This document shows, piece by piece, positions 1 to 21,969 of a DNA stretch of 64,000 bases; within the stretch, counting starts at the first letter, position 1; every line of letters begins with the position of its first letter. Location: the NCBI RefSeq assembly GCF_009914755.1, contig NC_060946.1. The stretch is one strand, 5' to 3'. The DNA is from the human T2T-CHM13v2.0 reference genome, Homo sapiens. The notes below the pieces were generated by a model. That model worked only from the letters and a program-made list of their open reading frames with translations, made no database searches and had not been told where the DNA came from. A program made the position numbers and the translations under genes.

Positions 1-409
1 CCTGAATTTACTGAATCAATAAGATATAATTTACAGTAAATGTAGCACAAAGTTTTCTTTCCATTCCCCACTCCATATGCGTATCTTCTGTTCAAACCCA
101 TGGTTTCCAACACATTAAAGTATTTCCTCACCTCCTCTACAATACACACAAAATGGTTCCAAAATTGCTACACCAATATACCACCTCTACCAACAAACTC
201 ACCAAAGTCAAAATTTATTTTTGTTCTTAGGATATATCCTATCAAAGCCATCCAGTGGCAGGACTTTGTTCAAAAGTTATTCAAATTAAAATTTTCCTTG
301 TGGTTAGCAATTTGGTATACAAGTAGATTTATTTTGTAGTCAGCTTGCTTTAAATTTTATTTTTCAAATATGTAAAATATCTTCATGGTTTAAAAGTCAA
401 AACTATGCA

Positions 410-690
410 AGTGATAGCAACTCAATATTTTGAAAACTGGGAAAGGGAAACAATCATCTTCTGTGCCTTTCCTAAATGCTGTATTAGGCGGTAACCAGGT
501 AGAAGATGAGAAGTACCTCTTGTATCACTCTTCCGCCTAATAAATAAAGAGGGAATGGTACAGTTAAATATCACCAACTTGCAACCCTTATTAACTAATT
601 AATGGCATTTGCAGTTATGTTAAAAATTCTTACTTTATAGATATATACTGTAATACTTATGGATAAAATGATGTCATTCAGATCTGTGTC
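410..690 (+). mobile_element. Old L1 (L1MC/L1ME-like) 3'-end fragment
   Basis: ctcaatattttgaaaactgg...taataaataaagagggaatg...atatcaccaacttgcaaccc resembles ancient L1 3' UTR consensus from memory; boundaries approximate. Confidence 0.5.
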
Positions 691-707
691 AAAATAACCC
701 ATGTAGG

Positions 708-867
708 GGCCGAGCGCGGTGTCTCACGCCTGTAGTCCTAGCTACTCGAGAGGCTGACGCAGAATAGCTTGAACCCAGGAGGCGGAGGATGCAATGAGCG
801 GAGATGGCGCCACTGCACTCCAGCGTGGGCAACAGAGCGAGACTCCGTCTCAATAAATAAATAAATA
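708..867 (+). mobile_element. Single Alu monomer (FRAM-like) with target-site duplication
   Basis: ggccgagcgcggtg...gagactccgtctc followed by an (aata)n tail; acccatgtaggg occurs at 697-708 and 871-882. Confidence 0.8.
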
Positions 868-1029
868 CACACCCATGTAGGGAGCATATTGGGTGAGTGG
901 CCTGCCTATTCCGCTCCTTCCATCTCATTCCCACTGCTCCAGTAAATCATTTTCATTAATTTTTCTCTTTTTTTTTTGTTTTTACAAACACATATTTATA
1001 TACAAGGATATATTCATATTATAACCCAG

Positions 1030-1520
1030 GTGCGGCCCCACATGTCGCCATCGTGTGTAACGTGCGAATCGCGAGTGATTCACTGCGGCTACCACCTAAC
1101 CTCGGCCTTGGAGGCTGGACATAGGGTGGACGGCAGTCGCTGGAGACGGAGATGGCCTGGTGGGACCACTCATCTATAGCGCCTGCCTCGGTGGTCTCCT
1201 GCCCGACACCGCGCACCTGCCTTTTCCTCCTTCCGTTTTTTTACAGCTTTTCTGACACAGCGGGACCACGCTCGCGGCACCACAGCTCTCGGGAGGTGAC
1301 CCGGAGATAATGGCCCAGTAGGAACACTCACCATAGCGTCTGTCTTGGTAGTCTCTTGCCGGACACCGCGAGGATACCACGCGTGTCGGTTTGGACGGTC
1401 TGCTGCCCAGCACCGCAAGGACACGGATGCCCCGCCCCCAAGAGCAGGAAGTGACGCCACTGCCGCCAGCGGAAGTGACGTCCAGGGCCAGCCCGTACAC
1501 CAGGACGCCCTGTCTTCTAC
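1030..1520 (-). promoter_or_regulatory. CpG-island promoter of the proximal SNU13 first exon, with two GGAAGTGACG (ETS/CRE-half) motifs
   Basis: CpG-rich non-repeat sequence; GGAAGTGACG at 1447-1456 and 1471-1480, just upstream (minus sense) of an ATG|GTGAGT exon end. Confidence 0.75.
1332..1334 (-). CDS. SNU13: SNU13 (NHP2L1/15.5K) proximal alternative first exon, coding only the initiator Met
   Basis: Minus strand reads gacagacgctATG|gtgagtg, an ATG directly followed by a consensus donor (GT at 1331-1330). Gene identity is inferred from synteny with C22orf46/MEI1; downstream exons are outside the window. Confidence 0.72.
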
Positions 1521-1660
1521 GTAACTCCTTATCTTAGGCGAATTTGTCTTGGTCCCAGGACAACTAGGAAGAATTAGGTGAAGGATGGAGGAGTTCTCTA
1601 AAGGAAGGGGGTTGGGGGAGGTCAAGGGAAGACCTCCGTATTATTTTTCTCTTCCTCATA

Positions 1661-6232
<4,572 letters not shown>

Positions 6233-6664
6233 CCTGTTGCATGTTTTAAAATAGATATACTTAGAAATATTACATGGAACCCCCAAAGTATGTACAACTA
6301 TGATATGTCAATTTAAAAAAACTTTAAAAATTGCCATTGTTTCCAACAACCCATTCTCTGGAAATCAGGATTCTCAAATCTCAATAAACATCAAATTCAT
6401 AAAAGAGGAAGACTTCAGGAATCTGAACAATCATTAAATACCTAAATGTTTCACTATTAGTCAACAAAAAAGTTAAACTCAATTTTAAAACCAAACTAGC
6501 TTATAAACACTAATTGAAACTTGCTTAGGGTGTATTTATTTGCCTTTCAATTTCTTCAGGGGTTAAATAAATTAACGAATGATATCATACCACCAGCCAA
6601 CCTAAATCCCTACCTAGCATGATCAGTTTGGTTTCGCTGTACACCAGACAGCCAAAACTTGCAA

Positions 6665-6830
6665 GGTTTTGATTGAACAACAAATACTGCGTGCTTACTC
6701 TGTACCAAGCATCAGGACTAGATGTTTACCATGCTTTATTTCATTTGATCCTCACAACACCCTCATGCACTGTCATCCCCATTTTACAGTTGAGGAAAAC
6801 TGCAAAGTTCAACCTGAGACCATCCGATTC
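6665..6830 (-). mobile_element. MIR fragment
   Basis: tcatttgatcctcacaacaccctcatg...cccattttacagttgaggaaaactg matches the MIR core. Confidence 0.7.
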
Positions 6831-7099
6831 CAAAACGTTTCAGGGAGCTGCGTTAAAGCGAGCACTGAGTTTGGAAGCTTCAAGTTCTAGGCTCAGCCAC
6901 GTACTAAGCTTCAAAATGCATGGGAGGAGGTTTGTGGGGAGTGCTACCGCCGGGATCCAAGCTCCACTGGAAGGATTAACTATAGAAGTTACAGTGCTTT
7001 ACAAATTCTTCCCTCCTCACCAAGTGCCAACCAAAACTACTACGCCAGGACACACGTTTTAGAACTTTCCCTAGATGTTTAAAAGTCAGAGACGACCAA

Positions 7100-8000
7100 G
7101 AGTTTAGAGACGCCGCACGTGGTGCTACCAGACTTCTGGTTTTTGAAGCCACCGCCTTGCAGGAGAAGCCTTTCCTGCACTCCAGGCCGTGAGTCGCGCT
7201 CACTTCATGTTCCCCACAGCCCCCAAATGCCAAAGGCTCCTCTAGGTCCCTGGCGCGTGTGACTCGCGGCGGGCACTAAGCGCAGACCCATGGGAGATCT
7301 CCTCCTGAACCCCAGCAACGGGGGTGGGGTGAGGTAGGGTGGGTAGGAGAGGTTGATCCGAATCCCAGGGTCCCACGCCATCGTAGATTTCGTATGAAAA
7401 GAAACAAGGAAAAAAAAAAGTTGGAGCCAAGTTTTCTTCACCCAACTTTTTGCCCTCTCCCACGTGGGTTGGTCTCTTTCTCCCAGGCTGGGCCATGCCC
7501 CCTCCGCTCGCTGCAGGCCTTTTGCCAAGCAAACAGACCGTGCGGCAAAGCAACACAGCTGCGGGGATCCTAAGGTTTCCTGAGTTCTAACCTCGGGCCA
7601 GGCTGCTGGGACCCCGCCGCTGCTGGGGTTCTAACTAAGGGCCCGGCGGTTAAGACCCAACGCCGGCGGATGAGACGGCGCAGGCTCTAAGCCTCCATCT
7701 AACAGGCTAGGGAGTGAACGCAACCCTGAGTCTCCCGCTTCCCGGTCCCTCGGCCGGCGCACGCACTCACCATGGCTGCGGTTCCGCGGGCTCAGCACTC
7801 CTAGGGGAGCGCAGCTGACGTTTCAGAAGCACTCGCGTGCACCGGAAAAACTCACAGAAGCAGCAGCGGAAATGGCCCCGCGCGGCAGGAAGCGAAGGTG
7901 ACGCTACGCGAGCGAGTGGGCCCCGCCCTCTACGGGGGCACTGGCGCGGAAACTGGCCCTGTGTCGAAGAAGGAACGTACTTTGGCGTTCTTATGAGCTG
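7100..8000. promoter_or_regulatory. CpG island / main SNU13 promoter
   Basis: High CpG density; several ETS-like GGAA cores (ccggaaa, gcggaaat, caggaagc, gcggaaac) at 7840-7955 upstream of the minus-strand first exon. Confidence 0.8.
7771..7773 (-). CDS. SNU13: SNU13 main first exon, coding only the initiator Met
   Basis: Minus strand reads ccgcagccATG|gtgagtgcg: good Kozak -3 context plus consensus donor (GT at 7770-7769) in a CpG island; identity inferred from synteny. Confidence 0.78.
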
Positions 8001-8055
8001 CCTAGTACAAATTATTGGCAGAAACAATGAATTAAACATTCAAAAAGTAACCCAC

Positions 8056-9041
<986 letters not shown>

Positions 9042-9412
9042 TTAATATTTTGAATAGAACTTTTGGGTAAAAGAGTCTTCAGGGTAACATTTATTTTCCC
9101 ACCAACACTGATCCTAAGATGGGAAAAGTAATTCCCCCACAGGAAATCAGGATACTGCAAGCAACGAGAAAGGCATGTTGAGTGGTTAAACAAGAATACA
9201 TGTATTCAATACAGTGTTCATTAAATGTTTGATAATAGAAGGACAGGCAGATCCAAGTATTTCATAGGAAGAAAGAAATCAAGCAGACCGCAGGTTATAT
9301 CACCCCATCACACATTCAGGGAACTTAATCTTTTCATTCCAGAGGATGGGTTTGTTTAAAACAAGTTCTTCCTCCTAATTACTTTTGAACAATTCCCCAA
9401 TACTGTCCTTAC

Positions 9413-9427
9413 CTGCACCAAGAGCAT
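9413..9427 (-). CDS. SNU13: Putative distal SNU13 first exon coding MLLVQ
   Basis: Minus strand: ggttagcATG CTC TTG GTG CAG|gtaaggac; 15 coding nt, phase 0 like the other two first exons, with a near-perfect CAG|GTAAG donor. Confidence 0.55.
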
Positions 9428-9605
9428 GCTAACCAGGCCTGGCACCAGGGTCAGAGTTGAGGCTGGGGCATCAGCCCCCTTTGTGAGGTGGCCTCAGTGA
9501 CAGGGGTGCTATGAGGTGGCGGCTATCCTACTGCAGCTGGCTGCATCAGATGTGCCAGGCCTGCCCTCTAGCTCCCAACACCATCTGCCTGATCTAAGCT
9601 TTGCC

Positions 9606-9821
9606 ATGTTGTTGTCACTGCTGGGTGCCTGTGCTGTGGTGGGGCCATTCCATGGCCCTGAGTGGGAGCCAGTGCAGGGCCTGCTCTCCCAGAATCACAG
9701 CTGCAGGGACCCTCAGTGCTGTGGCAACCTGCTTGTCCTCTGCCTCTTTCTGGTCTGGCAGGTCCGGCACTGTTGGCACCAGGTCACCAGGACCCGCTTC
9801 AGCACAAGGAATGTCATCAAG
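9606..9821 (+). CDS. C22orf46: C22orf46 exon 1 (72 codons, [13 protein letters not shown]...STRNVIK)
   Basis: gccATG start; hydrophobic N-terminus and a second hydrophobic stretch [14 protein letters not shown]; ends AAG|gtgagt; 216 nt, phase 0. Confidence 0.85.
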
Positions 9822-9939
9822 GTGAGTGGGCCCCATACACCTTCACCCTTCTTCCCTCAGCACCATGATTGTCTCTGTCACTTGTTACAAGGACCTTGTT
9901 TTATGCCTGGTGTACCAGAAATGAATCAGAGGGAAACTC

Positions 9940-12380
<2,441 letters not shown>

Positions 12381-12434
12381 ATTATGCAAGTTATTATGTG
12401 TGCAAGGATTTTGCTTCTCTGTTCTCATCTACAG

Positions 12435-12950
12435 GTGCCACTGCAGAAGCGGGCAGTGCCCTCCATGAGGTGCGAAACTGTCTTCAAGCTGACTCCTGAA
12501 TTCTTCAGTCCTGGAAAGTCCAGGGGCCTAGATTCTCAACAATGCGCACAAAGGCAGAGATGGGGATACCGGAGGAGCCTCCAGGAATCACGGGCCCAGA
12601 ACCTGCTCTCTCCACAGCACCCATGTCCAGGCCCACCTTCGGGTGTCCACACCCACTCTGAGCCCATCTTTTGTACCACCTCCATTTCAAACACCTGTTT
12701 ACTGCCTCAGAACAGTTCCTGGAAAGCATGGCAGGTGCCTTGGTGTCTCCATGATGGTCAGACTCGCCCTGCCTTGGACATGTGTCAAGAGATGGAGCAG
12801 CTGCTGCTTCACTCACAGGAAAGGTTGGTGTCACTGGAGCCTGTCATCAGTGTGAGGTCTCGCCCCACCTCCATGACCTTAACCACCTCTCTTCCAAACT
12901 TACTTTCAGCTGAGAGGCTGCAGTTCTGCCCCCAGAGAGCTCCTGCCTGA
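12435..12950 (+). CDS. C22orf46: C22orf46 exon 2, residual open portion (VPLQK...PQRAPA*, 171 aa; 243 aa with exon 1)
   Basis: Pyrimidine tract plus ctacag|GTG acceptor in frame with exon 1; TGA at 12948-12950. Confidence 0.82.
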   Translation: MPLQKRAVPSMRCETVFKLTPEFFSPGKSRGLDSQQCAQRQRWGYRRSLQESRAQNLLSPQHPCPGPPSGVHTHSEPIFCTTSISNTCLLPQNSSWKAWQVPWCLHDGQTRPALDMCQEMEQLLLHSQERLVSLEPVISVRSRPTSMTLTTSLPNLLSAERLQFCPQRAPA

Positions 12951-13020
12951 TCCTTCCCACCAAACACTGAGAATGTGCACTTGGAAGTCTTGGCACTGTC
13001 GACCAGAGGCCTGGGAACCA

Positions 13021-15360
13021 GGGGGTAAAAACCAGACAGCAGGCAGAGAGGATAGTAGAGAGACCCAGGCTCCAAGGTGGGTGAACCAGACAGGGAGCAG
13101 ACGGGAGGATGCTTCAGAAATCCAGGCATCTGGGGAGTAGTTCCCAGTAGACTTTGGAATGGAGGGTGATGCAGAGACTAACGTGTTGGAGTGTGCAAAC
13201 CAGAGACTAGTAATAAGTGAAACTGATGGCGAGATCTTGACACCAGGGTGGGACACCCAGGACCGGATGGGAGTTGAGAGTAGAACCAACATTCAGGAAC
13301 TAGGGAATAGAAACCAGAGGGAGGCTGGAGGTGAGAATCTCCCTGAAACCCAGGCACATATGGGAGAGAACCAAGAACAGTTAAGATGTAAAATTGATGC
13401 AGAGACCCAAACACCTGAGTGGGAGAACCAGGATAAGAATGGAAGTGAGGATGCTGTGGAGACCCAGACATTTGAGAAGAAGGACAAGAAAGAGGCTGGA
13501 GAGGAGGATGGGGAAGAGATCCAGGCTCAAGGATTGGGGAAGCAAGGCCAGACTGGAGATGAGAATGGTGAGGAGACCCAGACACCACAGTGGGAGAAAC
13601 AAGATCAGATGAAAGGTGATGCGGATGTGGAAATTCAGATGGAAGAGGGGAGAAACAAGGATCAGGTTGGAGGTCAGGATGCTGCACAAACCCAATCATG
13701 TGGGAGGGAGAACGTGGGAGAAGTAAAAAAAGAGAATAGTGTAGAGACCCAGGCCTTGGATTGGGGAAAACAGGAATGTGTTGGAAATGGGAATGTTACA
13801 GAGATCCAGACACCAAGGTGGGAGAAGCATGATCAAGGTGGAAGTAAGAAAGCTAAGAAGACCCAAGCATCTGGGGGAGAGAACCAGAAACAATTAAGTC
13901 ATGAAATTCAAGTGGGGTGGGGAAATAAGGGCCTGAGAAGAGATGAAGATGCTAAGGAAACCCAGATAGCTACCAAGAAGAAGCTCAGGGAGATAAGAGA
14001 GAAGGATTGGGTGGTGATCCAGGCACTATGGTGGGGAAACCGGAGACAAGTAGCAAGTGAAATTTATAGAGAATTTGAGATACTATGTTGGGAGAATCAG
14101 AACTGGATTGGAGGTGAACATAGAGCAGAAATTCAGGCATCAGAGAAGAGAGACCAAAGAAAGGATGGATGTGAGGATGGCACAAATATCCTGGCACCCG
14201 AGGCTGAGATCCAGGAACAATTAAAAGGTGAAACTGATGTGGAGACTCAGAGCAATGAGCCACTTAGAGAAGAGGATGGTACAGACATTCAGTCACTAGG
14301 GAGGAGAGAGGTTAAAGGTGAGGATGATAAAGACACCCAGGAACTTGGGAGGAAAAATCAGGGTCAGTTAGGAAATGAATTTAGTGGAAAGATTCACATA
14401 CCAAAGGGGAAGAATCAGGAACATATTAGAGGCGAAGATGGTGCACATACCCAGATATCTGAGTCAGGGAACTGGGGCAAATTAACAAGTCAAATTGATG
14501 GAGAAATGCATTCAGCAGAATGGAAGAAAGATCAGCAGATTGGAGGTGAGAATGGGGCAGAAATTCAGATACAAGGGAAGAGAAACCTGAGAGAAGTTGG
14601 AGGTGAGGACGGTGTAAAGACCTGGGCACCTGGGAAAGAAACCCAGAGTCAGTTTAGAAGTGATCTTGGTAGAAAGATCCTTTTATCAGAGTGGAAGAGC
14701 CAGAAGCAGATGGGAAGTGAGAATGGAACAGAAATTCAGGCTCCAGTGGAGAGAAACCAGAGAGAACCTGGAGGTGAGGACGGTGTAAAGACTCAGAGAC
14801 CTAAGAGAGAGAACGAGGACCAGTTAGATAGTGAAATTGGAGGGAGCCATTCACCAGGGAGGAGGAACTGGGAGCTGATTGGAAAGGATGTTGCAGAAAA
14901 TCAGGCATCAGAGAAGAGAAACCAGAGAGAGGTTGGAAACGAGGACGGTAGAATGATCTGGAGGCTTAGGGGAAAAAACTGGAGGCTTAGAGCGAAGAAA
15001 CAGACTGTTAAAAAGTAAAGATAATGGAAAGACCCGTTTATCAGAGTGGAAGAACCAGGAACAGGGTGGAGGTGGGAATGATGAAGAAATTCAAATACAG
15101 GGGAAGAGAAACCTGAGAGGGACCACAGCTGATGATGGTACAGAGACCCAGGCTCCTGCAGGAGATGACCAGGGACAGTTAAGAGTTGAAATTGATGAAG
15201 AGATCCAGGTACAAGGGCAAGGAAATAAGAATGACGGTGGAGTTGAGGATGTTGCAGAACTCCAGGATATAGGAAGCCAGAGAAAGTGCACAGATGAGGA
15301 TGTTGGAGAGCCTCGAGCACCAAGGGGAGGAAACAAGGATCTGGTCAGAGGAGAGGATGC
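13021..15360 (+). repeat. Degenerate coding tandem repeat, 57 nt / 19 aa, about 40 units
   Basis: ETQAHMGENQEQLRCKIDA / ETQTPEWENQDKNGSEDAV / ETQTFEKKDKKEAGEEDGE / EIQAQGLGKQGQTGDENGE / ETQTPQWEKQDQMKGDADV and further units. Confidence 0.9.
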
Positions 15361-17090
15361 TGTGAGGGACAGTCTCCAAGTCGACTGTTCTGGGAGTGAG
15401 AGGCCCACAGGCAGGAAGCACAGCCTACCATGGCCTCCAGCCTTCACTGGCTATGGATGTGGGACCCGGGAACAGGAACAGGCAGTGGCTGTGAATGGTT
15501 TCATCTCTGCCCCCTGTCCTGAGATGAATCCTGTCCCCCACTGGGGTGAAGTCTTCCTGCTGGTGGGTGGGGAGGGAGAGCATCTGGCCAGCCAGGGCAC
15601 AACCCCTGCCAGGGATCATAGAGTGGGGATCAGTCCAGCCTCCCAGCAGGCCCAACCTGAATCCTGGAGAAGACGACAAAGGGACAAAGGGGTGGATCCA
15701 GAGAAGGCCCCCAGCCTGACTCGGCAGTCCCAAAACCCTCCGTCTCTGACAGCTCCCTTGGGCATGCCCTCTGCCTGCTCCTGTCTCCCGTGTGGCCCAG
15801 CCCCGGAAGCTGCCATCATTCTAGCGGGTCCTCCCACCGCCCTCACTGTCCTGCCCAAGGGGACAGGCCTCAAGAAGAGCAAACGACTGCTCCTGGAGTC
15901 CCTCATGCGGAGGAGGATTGCACACCTGAAGTGGGGTCTTCCCCGGCGGATCCTGGAGTCCTATTTCCTGTTTAACTTCTTAGGATCTTGCTCATTGACC
16001 CTTGCTGGGGCGAGGCTCTCTGGACTGAACACAGGCCAGGAGCTCCAAGCCCAGCAGGAAAGGTATTGTGAGGCCCAAGGCTCCCCACCAGGCCTTAAGT
16101 CCCCAGAGAGGTTCCAGAGGGTTCAGCGCCCAGACAGAAAAAGCTCGAAACTTCCTATACAAGCCAGAGCTCTGGAGAGGAACAGACCGCACATGTCAGA
16201 GCCCATTAAGCATTTCCATCCAGCCTGAAAAGGCCAGGAGAGTCAGGCCACCAGGGGGCGCCAGAGAACCACAGGAGATCCAGGAAGCGCTTGCTAGGAC
16301 CAAGCTCCCAGCTCCCAGGACCCCCAGGCCGGCAGCGGAGTCCAGGAGCTGGTGTGGCCCACAAAGGGTCGGAGAGCCTCCCAGTGAGAACAGTAGGGGC
16401 AGGAAAATGATCAGGTCAAGGGTCTCCCAGCTGGCAGAGAGGGCTCCCAGCAGAGTGAGGACTTCATTCTCTAGGGCAGACCACGCCCACTGGAGGAAGG
16501 AATGTACATCCTGGGAGGCCTCTAAGCTCCCCAGACTCAAATGCCAGCAGCTCACATACTGGAGAAGAGGAAGCCTGGAATCTACAGGGTGCAGAGGGGC
16601 TGGGCAGCAGCCTTCCTGCCATTCTGCAGAACCTGTCAGCTTCAAAGGGAGGCTCCACTCTGCGGTGGCAAAGCTGGGCCTGACCCTTCTGGCCAAGATG
16701 TCCTGGTCCCCACAGCTCGCCAAGCGCAAGCACTTGGCCCCTAACCTGAGCCTGAGGGAACCTGATTCTACTCTGCCTCCCAAAGTGGGTGATCCTCGTG
16801 CAGGGGAGGACAGCATCGGAGATCACACTGCTTCACAGAGGGATCTTCAGCTGCAAGGTCACTGCTGTACTGGGGCCACCCTTCCTAAGACAGAGAGTCC
16901 CCAGGGCCAGGAGGCACCTGGGAACCCAAATGGGGCTCCACAGAATACACGAGCCTCCAAAAAGTTTAGTATTATGAAGCATCTGAATTTTTTTCTCTTC
17001 CAGAATGGCTTTAAAAAGTAGACTCAGGCCCAGAGTCCTCAGGACATATCAGAAAAGCTTTGAGAGTGTCCTGATCCCTGCAAAGCCTCT

Positions 17091-17096
17091 AATAAA
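17091..17096 (+). terminator. Polyadenylation signal of the C22orf46 transcript
   Basis: AATAAA 70 nt after the final TAG, followed by GT-rich sequence (tgtggtgttctg). Confidence 0.8.
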
Positions 17097-17389
17097 TTGG
17101 TCATTTGGGCCCTGTGGTGTTCTGATTTCTCTGGCACATTTTCCAAGTGCCCCCTTTCGGGGTTTGGGATACTTTGTGGGTGGGGTAGAAGCCCCTTCCA
17201 CTCTGTGGTTGTGGTTTAGGGAATGTGGGTCAACCCAGTGTCCTCTCCGAAACACCTGCCCCCCAGCTCCTCACAGTGGAGTCCACTGAGGTTCTATCCT
17301 GCTCTGTCTCCAAGCTAATCCTGATTGAGGCAGGACACTCCAAAAGCCTCAGCTGCTTATGGGGAGGGGTGGTCCTCTGCATGGGACGC

Positions 17390-18192
<803 letters not shown>

Positions 18193-18312
18193 TTCATTTT
18201 TAAAAAACAGTAGAAATAGCTTCCTTTCCTTCCTTTTTCAAGGCAAATGCCCCCTACTTTATAATTGCTTTTCAACTTTGGATGTGGTAAAGACATTCCT
18301 GCAGGGTTCTAA

Positions 18313-19675
<1,363 letters not shown>

Positions 19676-19696
19676 TGAGTGGGTGGATTGGCTAGA

Positions 19697-20533
<837 letters not shown>

Positions 20534-21096
20534 AACTAGCTAATAACCTCTGAATTTTCATTAAGGATGGAAATTCTGAGGCTGCTTTTCTTGGACAGTA
20601 AATCAGAGATGAATAAGACAGTGCAGCGGGGAGAAATAAGAGAACATGTTAGAACTTAGAAGAATGAACATGTTTGTAGTCAAGTGCTGTTCAGGGTAAG
20701 GAGAGGAATTAGGAAAGGTTTCTTAGAGGAGGAAGCATTCAAATTAGGTTTAAGAAGATGGGTGAGATTTGGACCAGAGGAAGTGGGAGGCTGATTATCC
20801 CAGGAGGTAGGTATTATAAGGATGGGTTTTGGGGATAATCAGAGTGTTTGAAGGGAAAGTGAAAGAGATGAGATTGGAGAGACAGGTTGAGGACAGTTAC
20901 TTGAAGAGTTTGAAACCCAGCTAAGGAGCTTGAACATAATCTGTCAGATGAAGGAGAGTTACTAGGATTTTTTGAGTAGCTCATATAGATCACTACCTTA
21001 ATCTATTACGTAGGATGAATTGGTGAAGGAAAAACAGGAGCCTTACAGTAGCACAGATGAGAAGCAATAAGAGATGCAACTTCTACCTTTTATTGA

Positions 21097-21969
<873 letters not shown>

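Larger units (their letters stand above)
12435..17021 (+). pseudogene. C22orf46: Disrupted giant terminal exon of C22orf46 (approx 1,600-codon ancestral ORF including exon 1)
   Basis: Consecutive open frames: frame A to 12950; frame B approx 12940-15018 with one in-frame TAG at 13138-13140; frame C approx 14960-16228; frame A again to TAG at 17019-17021. The repeat register continues across the TAG and the second frameshift. Confidence 0.85.

Noticed and set aside
13021-15360. 57-nt periodic array as a CRISPR array or non-coding satellite
   Set aside because: There is no invariant repeat with unique spacers; conservation is at the amino-acid level in one reading frame of eukaryotic DNA
13178-15447. 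Minus-strand Ser/Pro/Leu/His-rich ORFs opposite the repeat
   Set aside because: Antisense shadows of a purine-rich coding strand
13159-17021. The 619-, 288- and 317-aa ORFs as three separate genes, or as exons joined by tiny introns
   Set aside because: The frames overlap or abut, the repeat register runs through the internal breaks, there is no room for introns, and one poly(A) signal closes the unit; frameshift decay is the simpler explanation
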